A stretch of DNA of 38,658 nt from Arcobacteraceae bacterium (GCA_048268245.1 JBLWVX010000025.1:1-38658), one strand, 5' to 3'. Positions 19,899 through 29,183 are shown, counted from the stretch's first letter. Notes: generated by a model from the sequence alone, not told the origin. Numbers and translations: made by a program.

Positions 19899-19976
19899 TA
19901 TACCTCTTAATCCCCCTACTTTAAACTTTTCCCTAGCTTATTTTGTTATAATCACCTAAAAATTCAAAGGTGTTAT

Positions 19977-21269
19977 ATGAGTAAAGTTATAGATATTTTC
20001 AAAGAAATTACAGCAATTCCAAGATGTTCAAAAACTCATGAGCCATTTATTAACTACATGAAAGAGATATCTCAAGAACTAGGATATGAGTGTTTAGTTG
20101 ATAAATACAATAATATTTTATGTAAAAAAGAAAATACAAAAGCAAAAATAGTATTTCAATCTCACTATGATATAGTATGTTTAGAAGATAATTGTGTGCC
20201 ACAAATTATTCAAAATGAAGATATTTTAAGTGCAAAAAATTCTACTCTTGGTAGTGACAATGGTGTTGGTTGTTCTTACATGATAAATCTTATGTATGAG
20301 GGAGTTGATGCAGAGTATTTATTTACTTCAGATGAAGAAATAGGTTTAATTGGTGCAAATAATTTAGAACTAGCAATAAACGCACCTTATATGCTAAACC
20401 TTGATAGTGAAGAAGAAGGTGAAGTTTGTATAGGTTGTGCAGGTGGAGTAGATATCTTTGCTATAAATTCAAATAAAAAGATTCTACCTAATACCGAAAA
20501 ACTTGATTTGTATGAAATAACTATAGGCAAACTTCAAGGTGGACATAGTGGAGTTGATATAGACAAGAATATCCCAAATGCCATAAAGCTAGTAGCAAAA
20601 ACTATAAAAGAAGCAAATGCAAAGCTTTTAGATTTTAATGGTGGAGAAAGAATAAACTCTATTCCTGTAAATGCAAAAGCTATTGTTGCCTCTAGTTGTG
20701 AACCTATTGCTAGTCATGAAAATATGAAAATTACAAAAATTGATACACAAAGTGAACATCTAAGTGTATTTGATGATAAAGTTATTGATTTTATTTATGA
20801 TTTTAAACAAGGTGTTATTTCTAGAAATGAAGAGCTAAATGTAGTTCAAAACTCTATAAATATAGCAATTATTTCAACTACAATTGATAGTATTAAAATT
20901 GAATTTAGTGCAAGATCAATGGCAAATGATGAATTAGCAGCTATAAAAGAAGAAACAACAAATATTTTAAATGAGCATGGATTTAGTGTTACAACTGATG
21001 GTAAATATCCAGCTTGGAAACCAGATATAAATAAATTTACGTCAAAAGTTTTAGATATATATCAAACTATTAATCCTAAAGCTTCATTAGAAGCTATTCA
21101 TGCAGGATTAGAGTGTGCAATATTTAAAGATAAATATCCACACTTAAAAGTAGCCTCAATAGGACCTACTATTAATTTTCCTCATTCAAGAAAAGAGCAA
21201 GTATCTATTAAATCTGTTGAAAATGTTTATGAAGTTGTAAAAAAGATTGTTGAAGAAATCTATAAATAA
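19977..21269 (+). CDS. pepD: M20 metallopeptidase, aminoacyl-histidine dipeptidase (PepD-like)
   Basis: QSHYD, TLGSDNG, DEEIGLIGA, NLDSE, GGHSG, IHAGLEC, SIGP, PHS. Confidence 0.85.
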   Translation: MSKVIDIFKEITAIPRCSKTHEPFINYMKEISQELGYECLVDKYNNILCKKENTKAKIVFQSHYDIVCLEDNCVPQIIQNEDILSAKNSTLGSDNGVGCSYMINLMYEGVDAEYLFTSDEEIGLIGANNLELAINAPYMLNLDSEEEGEVCIGCAGGVDIFAINSNKKILPNTEKLDLYEITIGKLQGGHSGVDIDKNIPNAIKLVAKTIKEANAKLLDFNGGERINSIPVNAKAIVASSCEPIASHENMKITKIDTQSEHLSVFDDKVIDFIYDFKQGVISRNEELNVVQNSINIAIISTTIDSIKIEFSARSMANDELAAIKEETTNILNEHGFSVTTDGKYPAWKPDINKFTSKVLDIYQTINPKASLEAIHAGLECAIFKDKYPHLKVASIGPTINFPHSRKEQVSIKSVENVYEVVKKIVEEIYK

Positions 21270-21270
21270 T

Positions 21271-22074
21271 CTACCACCAAGTAACAAAAAACACTTTATA
21301 ATCATCTTGGCTTTTTAGCCAAACTAAAGGAGATTTTTTCAAGTCTAAAAAGACTTGAAGCTCTTCTTTTATCTCATCAAACTCTTTCCACTTAGTATTT
21401 AAAGAAGAATTTAAAATCCAATCATATCTATGGGGTAAAAAGTATTTATATTCTTTAAATTCAGGCAATTTTAAAAACTCATTTATATTAAGATGAAAGC
21501 CTTTAATACAAAACTTATTTATTAAAGATACTGATACCTTTTTTTTGTAAGGTAAAAAAATATTTGCTTTAAAACAACTATTTTGATAAACATATTTTAA
21601 ATTAATATCTATATAATTTTTTGTTTCATCTCTAAAAAGTAAAGGGAACTGCTTTGTATTTAACTTTTCTAGTTTTTTGAGTAATGTATCATCTCTGTTT
21701 GGTCCAATATACTTGTTTATTTCCTCTTTGAAGCTATCATCATACAAATAAAACTTATAAACAAGCTCAGAATGTAAATATAGTTCTCTTTTTTTATCAT
21801 AAAGGATAAAATCTATTTCACCTAGTGTATTTTTGTTGTTAATTACTTGCATATTCTTGTGTATTAGGTTATAACGACTTGAGAGGTTTATATACTCTTC
21901 AAAAAAGTACTCTACTCTTTTGCCCAAAGGAAGTTTTTGTAAAATCTCAAAATTTGCATAGTCATATTTTTTATAATCAATAGTTTCAAACTCAAATTGA
22001 CTAATGTCATTTAGAGTTTCAAACAAAGCAGGTGTATTATAAAAGCCTTCAAATTGTGCTTTTAAATTATTCAT
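21271..22074 (-). CDS. DUF1853-family protein (PD-(D/E)xK-like fold)
   Basis: LGKRVE, TLGEIDFI, HSELVYKFYL, IGPNRDD. Confidence 0.75.
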   Translation of the reverse strand: MNNLKAQFEGFYNTPALFETLNDISQFEFETIDYKKYDYANFEILQKLPLGKRVEYFFEEYINLSSRYNLIHKNMQVINNKNTLGEIDFILYDKKRELYLHSELVYKFYLYDDSFKEEINKYIGPNRDDTLLKKLEKLNTKQFPLLFRDETKNYIDINLKYVYQNSCFKANIFLPYKKKVSVSLINKFCIKGFHLNINEFLKLPEFKEYKYFLPHRYDWILNSSLNTKWKEFDEIKEELQVFLDLKKSPLVWLKSQDDYKVFFVTWW

Positions 22075-22079
22075 ATAAT

Positions 22080-22424
22080 TTATCTGTTTTTAGCTTTATT
22101 AATTTCAGTTGTGTACTTATATACCATGTAATCAAACATTTTAGAGCCTCTATTTTTTTGAAAAAAGAAAAACATCTCTAAAAATCTTAAACTCATTCTA
22201 AAAAATGCTGTAAACGGTACTAAATAAGTAATAATCGTAGTTTGAGTTCTATATGGATAATATCTATCCATTTCTTCTTTAAGCTCTTTTAATACTAGAC
22301 TTTCTTCTTGCAATCTATCTCTATCTTGCGCAAAAATCACTCTTATTGCTAAAAAAAAGTTTATTAAGAACATCATTACATTTAAGTTCCAGCCAATCAC
22401 ACATATATCAAGATAACTCATCAA
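22080..22424 (-). CDS. Small hypothetical membrane protein
   Basis: 114-aa ORF with AGGAG RBS and two hydrophobic segments; co-oriented with its neighbours. Confidence 0.7.
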   Translation of the reverse strand: MMSYLDICVIGWNLNVMMFLINFFLAIRVIFAQDRDRLQEESLVLKELKEEMDRYYPYRTQTTIITYLVPFTAFFRMSLRFLEMFFFFQKNRGSKMFDYMVYKYTTEINKAKNR

Positions 22425-22451
22425 TTTCTCCTAAAAATTACATTTTACCAT

Positions 22452-23945
22452 TTAAATCACAATTTTAAATAATGCCCCAAACTGTTCTTCTTTTTCAAAG
22501 GTAAATTTAATATTTTCAATACTAATTTCCCCTTCCATATGTTTTGTAACAATTTCTCTTGTCATAAAAAGCCCTATTCCTGTACCTTGACTTTGATGTT
22601 TTGTTGTAAAATATGGTTCAAATATCTTTTCTTGAATATCTTCTGGAATACCATTTGCATTATCTAGTATTTCAATTACTGTTTTATCATTTTGTTTATA
22701 TAAAGAGATTTTAATAAGTTTTTTATTTTCAAAACCTTGTTTATTAGATAGTAAAGCATCTTTTGCATTGTTTACTATATTTAATAAAACTTGCATTAAT
22801 TCATTTTTGTAGTTTTCAATATCAATTGTTTCATCTAAATCTCTTATTAAATCTATATCATTACTACTAAAGCTCATTTCAACTAAATCAAGTGTTTTGC
22901 TAATAATAGATGAAACATTAAAAACAATTTTTTGCTTATCTCTTTCAAAGAAGTTTTTAAAATCATCAATTGTGTTAGATAAATAATTTGTTGTATTCAT
23001 TATGTTGTCTAAAGACTCTTTTAGAATATCATCAGATAATGTATCAAACTCTTTTTGAAGTATTATTCCACTTGTACATGTAGATATAATTGATAATGGC
23101 TGTCTCCATTGGTGTGCTATATTTTCAAGCATTTCACCCATTGCTGCCATTTTTGATTGCTGAATTAAAAGTTTTTCTTTTTTGAGATTATCCTCTTCAT
23201 ACTCTTTAAACTTTGTCATGTCATATACATGAACAACAATACTTTCAATGCTATTTTCACTATTATAGTAAGGTTCATAGTATACTTGTAAGTGGTGTGT
23301 TTTTTTATTGATGTTAATTATTGTGTTAAATTCTATTGATTCACCATTTAAAGCTCTATCAAATTTCTCTTTTATTATGTCATTAAAATACTCTTCACCA
23401 AAAATAAATGACATTGATTTACCTATAAACTTCTCTTTTTTTATTCCGAAAACTTTTGAATAATAATCATTTACAGATAAATACTTATAGTCTTGATCTA
23501 CTAAAGCTAAAAAACACGAAGATTTTTCTAGTGCCTTATTATAGTAGTTTATTAAATTCTCTCTTTGTTTTCTTAATCTCAAATCTTTTATCATTAAAAC
23601 TAAATAGTTTTTTTCTTCTAAGTTTATTAGATTAAAAGAGATTTCTATGGGAATCATTTTTTTATTAAAATCTGAGATGAAATATTCAAAATCTTCTACT
23701 TTTTTCTTGTCTAGAAGTTTTTGAATTGTTTCATTTATGAATTCATCAAAAAAGAAATTATTGCTATTTGGATAAACTTGTGAAAAATGCATACCTATTA
23801 CTTTTTCACAAGGTATTTTTAGAAGATTAGATGTTCTTTCATTGGCATCTGTAATATTACCTGTACTAGCATTTATTACAATAATACTTACTTGTAATTT
23901 ATCAAATAACTGCTTGTAAAAAAGAAGATTATCTATATTTGGCAT
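22452..23945 (-). CDS. Cytoplasmic PAS-PAS sensor histidine kinase
   Basis: Two PAS-like regions, H-box IAHQWRQPL, NAKDA, DNANGI, FEPYFTTK, GTGIGL. Confidence 0.92.
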   Translation of the reverse strand: MPNIDNLLFYKQLFDKLQVSIIVINASTGNITDANERTSNLLKIPCEKVIGMHFSQVYPNSNNFFFDEFINETIQKLLDKKKVEDFEYFISDFNKKMIPIEISFNLINLEEKNYLVLMIKDLRLRKQRENLINYYNKALEKSSCFLALVDQDYKYLSVNDYYSKVFGIKKEKFIGKSMSFIFGEEYFNDIIKEKFDRALNGESIEFNTIININKKTHHLQVYYEPYYNSENSIESIVVHVYDMTKFKEYEEDNLKKEKLLIQQSKMAAMGEMLENIAHQWRQPLSIISTCTSGIILQKEFDTLSDDILKESLDNIMNTTNYLSNTIDDFKNFFERDKQKIVFNVSSIISKTLDLVEMSFSSNDIDLIRDLDETIDIENYKNELMQVLLNIVNNAKDALLSNKQGFENKKLIKISLYKQNDKTVIEILDNANGIPEDIQEKIFEPYFTTKHQSQGTGIGLFMTREIVTKHMEGEISIENIKFTFEKEEQFGALFKIVI

Positions 23946-24114
23946 TTAATTCTCCAAAAAACAACATCAAAGTTATTTTAATATTATGATTTATAATATC
24001 GCTTTTAATATAAAGTTTTGATAAATTATTTTATCTTTTTATTTGTTTTAAAAGAATCCATATTATAATAATTCTTTTATGTAATTTGTATTAGTATTAT
24101 ATAAAGGTTTAATC

Positions 24115-25353
24115 ATGTTTAATAAAGAATTTTTAAAAAATTTAACTATATTATATGTTGAAGATGAAGAGATAGCAAGAAAGCAATTAGAAAAAGTATT
24201 AAATAGACTTTTCAAAGAAGTAATAGTTGCAAAAAATGGTTTAGAAGGGTTTGAAAAATATCTAGAAGATAGACTACTTGATAAACCAAAGATTTCTTTG
24301 ATACTAAGTGATATAAATATGCCTCAATTAAATGGTATTGAAATGCTTGAAAAAATCAGAGAAAAAAACGATTCAATTCCTATAATTTTTACAACAGCGA
24401 GGTCTGAAACAGAATATCTTTTAAAAGCAATATCTTTGAATGCTTCTTATTATGCTTTAAAACCTGTAGATATTGAAGATGTGATTGAGAAAATACAAAA
24501 AGTATGTGAAAAAAAATATTTTGAAAAGTTAATACAAGAAAAAAACACTGAATTAAAAGAGTACTTAAAAGTAATTGATAATGTTGCTACTATTTTTAAA
24601 ATGACCTCAAAAGGTGATATAACTTACTCAAATAGACTTTTTAGTAATACCTTAGCATATGAGAAGGAAGAGTTATTACAAAAAAATTTTCACTCACTAA
24701 TTAGTAAGAATATTGATAAAAATATACTAATTGATTTATGGAAAACAGTCAAAACTAATAAAACATGGAAAAAAGATTTAAAGTTTGAAGACAAAGATGG
24801 TGAAGTTTTATATATAAAGTCAACTATATTTAAAACAGCAAATGAAAATGAGGAGTATATCTCTATTGGTTTTATTTCAACAGAAGAAGTAAATCAGAAA
24901 AGAGAGTTTCATAAAAAGCTTATCACAAATATAAAAGAAAAAAATCTTGAAGTTGCTAAATCATCAAATAATCTAAAATCCTATGAAAATAGAATAACTT
25001 ATTTAGAAAATGAACTAAAAGTTAACAAACAAAAATATTTAGATCAAAGAACTCAAATAGAATATTATGAAAATGAAATGTTAGGTTTAGATGAAAAAGT
25101 TATTAAAAATTTAAAAGTTAAAAATAGTGAAATTGAAGAGCTTAAGGCTATTATTTCAAATAAAAAAAAAGAAAGAGAAAAAGGCATAAAAAAATACAAT
25201 GAACTATCAAAAGAGCTTGTAAATGCTAAAGCAGAGATAGAAAAAATGCAAGAGAAGATTGAAATAAAACAAACTAGAATAGATGATCTTCTTAATCTAG
25301 TAGAGGTTAGAGAAGCCCAGTTAAGAAAATACGATGAGAGTTTTGAAAAGTAA
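24115..25353 (+). CDS. Response regulator with PAS-like domain and long C-terminal coiled coil
   Basis: LYVEDE, SDINMPQLNG, TTA and KP receiver motifs; K/E-rich heptad tail. Confidence 0.88.
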   Translation: MFNKEFLKNLTILYVEDEEIARKQLEKVLNRLFKEVIVAKNGLEGFEKYLEDRLLDKPKISLILSDINMPQLNGIEMLEKIREKNDSIPIIFTTARSETEYLLKAISLNASYYALKPVDIEDVIEKIQKVCEKKYFEKLIQEKNTELKEYLKVIDNVATIFKMTSKGDITYSNRLFSNTLAYEKEELLQKNFHSLISKNIDKNILIDLWKTVKTNKTWKKDLKFEDKDGEVLYIKSTIFKTANENEEYISIGFISTEEVNQKREFHKKLITNIKEKNLEVAKSSNNLKSYENRITYLENELKVNKQKYLDQRTQIEYYENEMLGLDEKVIKNLKVKNSEIEELKAIISNKKKEREKGIKKYNELSKELVNAKAEIEKMQEKIEIKQTRIDDLLNLVEVREAQLRKYDESFEK

Positions 25354-25366
25354 GCTTTATGGCTTA

Positions 25367-25393
25367 CTTTTAGGAACTACGATTATGAATTTT
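25367..25393 (+). repeat. Left att core (27-bp direct repeat)
   Basis: CTTTTAGGAACTACGATTATGAATTTT, identical to 32127-32153. Confidence 0.93.
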
Positions 25394-25416
25394 ACTAAAA
25401 TAAATTAAAAAACTAT

Positions 25417-25442
25417 AAAACACCTTGTTTTAAGACTTCTAA
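25417..25442 (+). repeat. Inverted copy of the integrase upstream region
   Basis: AAAACACCTTG-TTTTAAGACTTCTAA versus the reverse complement of 30939-30965, AAAACACCTTGATTTTAATACTTCTAA (1 gap, 1 mismatch). Confidence 0.8.
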
Positions 25443-25480
25443 GTATTAATATTTATATCAGCCTCATAATATATTTTCTT

Positions 25481-25501
25481 TTTTGGAACACTTTTGGAAC
25501 A
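25481..25501 (+). repeat. Putative integrase arm-type sites, left end
   Basis: Tandem TTTTGGAACA-C-TTTTGGAACA (11-bp period); the same 10-mer occurs at 32072-32081. Confidence 0.7.
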
Positions 25502-25577
25502 TCAACTAATATTATTTAATTAAAAACATGATAACATTATTCTTTTATATTAATAAATATTATATATTTGGAGTAAT

Positions 25578-25784
25578 ATGTCAGATAAAGTTAGAGTTTA
25601 TGAAATAGCAGATGAAGTTGGGGCAAGTAGCCAGGATGTAATTTTAAAATCAAGAAATTTAGGATTTGAATTAAAATCTCCTCAATCTGCAGTTTCCTAT
25701 ATTGATGCTGAAAAAATTGCAAACTATATATTAAGCGGTAAAAGCAACTATCCTTCTGGTATGATACAAAAAATGCAGAAATAG
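25578..25784 (+). CDS. Translation initiation factor IF-2 N-terminal-like domain; probable 5' part of a frameshifted fusion with the downstream ATPase-TOPRIM
   Basis: MSDKVRVYEIADEVGASSQDVILKSRNLGFELKSPQSAVS matches the IF2_N pattern of Campylobacterota IF-2 (recalled); GGAG RBS at 25570-25573. Confidence 0.75.
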   Translation: MSDKVRVYEIADEVGASSQDVILKSRNLGFELKSPQSAVSYIDAEKIANYILSGKSNYPSGMIQKMQK

Positions 25785-26125
25785 ATTATGATAGAGCTAC
25801 TAACAATAAATCAATTAAAAAAAACTATATAGTTAGTAAACGAATAAATAGGAAAGGCTCATCTGGACTAAAATTTATAAAAAAGAAAGACTCTAATAGT
25901 TCCATAAAAAAAGAAGAAGAAAATAAAAATAATTCAGAAGATGAATTAATAAACAAAGAAATAGAAAATGATAAAATTAAACTTTTAAAAAAGATAGAAG
26001 AAAAAAAACTTAAAGTATTCAATAATGATAGTAATAAAAAACTAGAAAAAGAGAAAAATAATTTTGATAAAAGAATTGACTTACCACTTAATTCGTATCC
26101 TAAGATAACTATAGAAATTTATAAC

Positions 26126-27613
26126 TTGAAAACAATATCTTACTTAAAGTGGGATTTACAAGAAGAAGCAGGTGTTTATGGAATAATTGGTGAAAATGGT
26201 TCGGGGAAATCATCATTATTAATCAGTATAGCAAAATTAATTGAACCTAACATTTTCCATCATGAATTAACAGGTTCTAAATATTATGAAAACACAAAAA
26301 TTATTTATACAATAAACGATAATATTTTTACATGGATTAAAAATAAAAGCACTAATAACAATTGGAGACAAAGTACAAATGATAAAATAAATATGCCTAA
26401 TAAATTAAAAGGCTTTTTTGAGTCTTCAATTCTTACTGGCACTAGATTTGATAAAATTGACGAGTACATAAAAGATAAACTTGAATATATAATAGAAGAT
26501 AATATAGATGAAGCAAGTGACTTTATAAAAAATTCTATGAACTATATTCTTTTTGGAGATAAAGACTCATTTTATAAGTTTAATAATTTGTATAAAATTA
26601 CTGCCGAGAGAAGAAGAAAAATAAATAATAACCTAATCACAAAAACATATTCTTACTATGCTTTAAATTTAAAAGATGATGAATATATAAAGGAACATTT
26701 GTTTAGTACAGGAGAATATTTTTTACTTAAGTTATTAAAATTTATAGATAATTTTAAAAATAATGGAGGTAGTGTAATTCCTGCTCTTATAATAATAGAT
26801 GAAGTTGAACTTTCTTTACATCCACTAGCACAAACAAGATTAACGAAACTATTAAATGAATATGCAAAAAAATTTAACTTGATAATTTTATTTGCTTCTC
26901 ATTCATTACATATTCTAGAAAATATTCCAGCAAAAAATACTTTTTTTATTCAAAGGAATATCATGAATAAACATTCTATTTCTAACCCTATACATTTAGG
27001 ATATTTAACATCTAAACTTTTTAAACATCAGTTCTATGATAAAGTAATATTAGTTGAGGATGAATTAGCAAAACAATATATAGAACTTACTTTAAATGAT
27101 CTTCCTCATCATAAAAATTTATCAATTGGAGTTATAATTGTTGGAGGTAGTAATCAAGTTGTAAAGACAGCCGTTGAGAATTATCATGAAAAATTCTATG
27201 GCGATGCAGATGTTATGGTCTCATTAGATGAGGATAGAAAAAAAGATGTTTATTCTGAAAAGAGATATATTAAATGGTATCAACATATTCCTGTGAAGAA
27301 TAATATTGAGAACTATGTTTCTAATCTTATAAAGAATGATGATTATAAATTTATCGAATTTATAGAAAGTCTTTTAATTAAAAAGTCTTTTTATGATTTA
27401 AGTATTCAAACAACAAAACAAAAAACAGGATTTACCACGTTAGTAGCAGAGATAGCCAATAATACGCTGGGACGTTTTTATAATCATAAAGACAATGCAA
27501 AAAGTAATGCGCGAAAAAAAATTGTAGAATATGTATATGAAGAATATAAAACTACATCAGAACAAAATGTACTTGTAGAGGAAATACTAAGTTTACTTAA
27601 CTATGATAAATAA
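26126..27613 (+). CDS. OLD-like ABC/AAA_21 ATPase fused to a TOPRIM nuclease domain (frame open from 25742)
   Basis: Walker A GENGSGKS, signature FSTGE, Walker B IIIDEVELSLHP, H-loop ASHS; TOPRIM motifs VILVED, IVGG, LDED. Confidence 0.85.
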   Translation: MKTISYLKWDLQEEAGVYGIIGENGSGKSSLLISIAKLIEPNIFHHELTGSKYYENTKIIYTINDNIFTWIKNKSTNNNWRQSTNDKINMPNKLKGFFESSILTGTRFDKIDEYIKDKLEYIIEDNIDEASDFIKNSMNYILFGDKDSFYKFNNLYKITAERRRKINNNLITKTYSYYALNLKDDEYIKEHLFSTGEYFLLKLLKFIDNFKNNGGSVIPALIIIDEVELSLHPLAQTRLTKLLNEYAKKFNLIILFASHSLHILENIPAKNTFFIQRNIMNKHSISNPIHLGYLTSKLFKHQFYDKVILVEDELAKQYIELTLNDLPHHKNLSIGVIIVGGSNQVVKTAVENYHEKFYGDADVMVSLDEDRKKDVYSEKRYIKWYQHIPVKNNIENYVSNLIKNDDYKFIEFIESLLIKKSFYDLSIQTTKQKTGFTTLVAEIANNTLGRFYNHKDNAKSNARKKIVEYVYEEYKTTSEQNVLVEEILSLLNYDK

Positions 27614-28685
27614 AATAGTAAATAAATATTTTTCATATTTTAATATAATTCAAAATCCTGACCTAAAATATATAAAGAATTATAGATTAAAAAAAGAATA
27701 TATTACAAATACTTTTAATCTATACTTCAAAAATATTACCAATGAACAAATATTTTCACAAGATGAAATAGAGCTATTAAAAGATTGGTTTATAGATGTT
27801 GCAAAAGCTCATAAAGATTTATATCAAGATTTACCATATAACAAAAAACTAAAATCTGAAGCAATTTTATTCAATGGTCAAATAGTTTTAAAAGAATGCT
27901 TTAATCTTTTACATTTAATTTATAGATATCATTACGCTTATAAATTAAGACATGAATATAAGGATGAAATTAAAGATACTTTATTTAAAATAAGTTCAGA
28001 TAAAAGGGCTTTAAAGAATAAATACAATAAGTTTGATAAAATCTCTAAAAATAAAAGATTTAATAGAAGATATAGAGCTAAATTTGTTTTATTAAAAAGA
28101 GTTCTAAACATTTTAATTAAAGATGAATATTCAGAAAGAATAAAACAGTATCTGTTTTTTATATCATTAAACTTTAAAGCTATTAACTGGGATAAGGTAT
28201 TAGATACAGAAGATGAGAAAACCAAAGAAATCTTTTTTGAATCACTAGACTTTTTTATGTATTTTAATCTTTCAGAAACAAAAATTAAAAATTCTCATAT
28301 GATTTTAGTTTATACATTTTTAACTCAAAGGTTACAAATAAATGAACCTGATTCATTGAACCTTACTAATAGACTTTCAAATGATATTTTATATGATATG
28401 GATAGTAGAAGAGACTATTTTAAAAGAGAACTATCAAAAAATATTTATTTGTACAACATATTTCATTATTTACCAATATTTCTACATTATAATGAAAAAG
28501 ACACCCCTCCTTACACAAAAGAAGAAAAAGATAAACTTGCTCATTCTATAAAAAAACAAGCAACAATTGCAGATAAAAAGTTTAAAGATTGTGATTCATC
28601 ACTATTTATTGAAACTATTGAAAACTCCCATATAAATTATATTAGACAAGAACTAATATTTCTTTATGAATCAAAAAACGAATAA
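27603..28685 (+). CDS. Hypothetical protein, 360 aa, basic and probably helical
   Basis: Long ORF overlapping the ATPase-TOPRIM end by 11 bp; no motif recognised. Confidence 0.75.
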   Translation: MINKIVNKYFSYFNIIQNPDLKYIKNYRLKKEYITNTFNLYFKNITNEQIFSQDEIELLKDWFIDVAKAHKDLYQDLPYNKKLKSEAILFNGQIVLKECFNLLHLIYRYHYAYKLRHEYKDEIKDTLFKISSDKRALKNKYNKFDKISKNKRFNRRYRAKFVLLKRVLNILIKDEYSERIKQYLFFISLNFKAINWDKVLDTEDEKTKEIFFESLDFFMYFNLSETKIKNSHMILVYTFLTQRLQINEPDSLNLTNRLSNDILYDMDSRRDYFKRELSKNIYLYNIFHYLPIFLHYNEKDTPPYTKEEKDKLAHSIKKQATIADKKFKDCDSSLFIETIENSHINYIRQELIFLYESKNE

Positions 28686-28808
28686 AATCGACATAAAAAA
28701 ACAAAAAATATTGATTTCCAAACTTTTTCTTTTTTACTAAACTTCCCCTATCGATATCGAAATTAAATCAAAGAGCTCTTTGTAAATAAAAATTACAAAG
28801 GATAAAAA

Positions 28809-29066
28809 ATGTTAAAAATCAATGGAATACTACTTAATATAATCGATAAAAGTAAGTATAAAAATAAAGATGGTTTAGAAATAGATACAAAAGGAAAAGT
28901 TCAAGTTCTAGTGGAAAATAAAAGAGCTAATGGCTCAATTGTAAAAGAACTTCATACTATTTCAATACCTGATGAAAAAATACCTTTATACAAAGATAAA
29001 GTTAATAAAGAAGTTGAAGTACCAGTAGGAATTATTTCAGAAAAATATTCATTCTATGGTGTCTAA
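28809..29066 (+). CDS. Small putative OB-fold single-stranded DNA-binding protein
   Basis: 85 aa, beta-strand-like pattern, AAGGA RBS, directly upstream of the origin hairpins and Rep gene. Function inferred from size and position. Confidence 0.55.
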   Translation: MLKINGILLNIIDKSKYKNKDGLEIDTKGKVQVLVENKRANGSIVKELHTISIPDEKIPLYKDKVNKEVEVPVGIISEKYSFYGV

Positions 29067-29111
29067 GAATAAGAAAAGAACACAGAGAGCCTTCTGTGTT
29101 TTTTCTTATTC
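29067..29111. repeat. Long inverted repeat (19-bp stem, one bulge) between the ssb-like gene and rep
   Basis: GAATAAGAAAAGAACACAGA-GAGCCT-TCTGTGTTTTTTCTTATTC. Confidence 0.8.
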
Positions 29112-29135
29112 GTGACAATAAAATAAATTTATGTT

Positions 29136-29157
29136 CGGGGTTTATAGTAATACCCCG
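29136..29157 (+). other. Candidate double-strand origin / oriT nick-site hairpin
   Basis: CGGGGT-TTATAGTAAT-ACCCCG: GC-rich stem with TAATA at the 3' side of the loop, as in pT181 dso and Tn916/ICEBs1 oriT hairpins; ends 26 bp before the rep start. Confidence 0.6.
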
Positions 29158-29183
29158 TTCTATACGTCATAAAGAGGAAATAA

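Noticed and set aside
25578..25784. A true infB gene or infB remnant marking the integration site
   Set aside because: No GTPase domain follows, there is no nusA/rbfA context, and the att repeat maps to the kinase gene. The IF2-like segment is cargo inside the element.
26126..28685. Gabija, retron, Septu or canonical PARIS system
   Set aside because: No UvrD helicase, reverse transcriptase (YADD) or HNH motifs in the neighbour. ATPase and TOPRIM are in one chain, so a fused PARIS-like or class 1 OLD relationship cannot be excluded without HMMs, but no named system can be assigned by eye.
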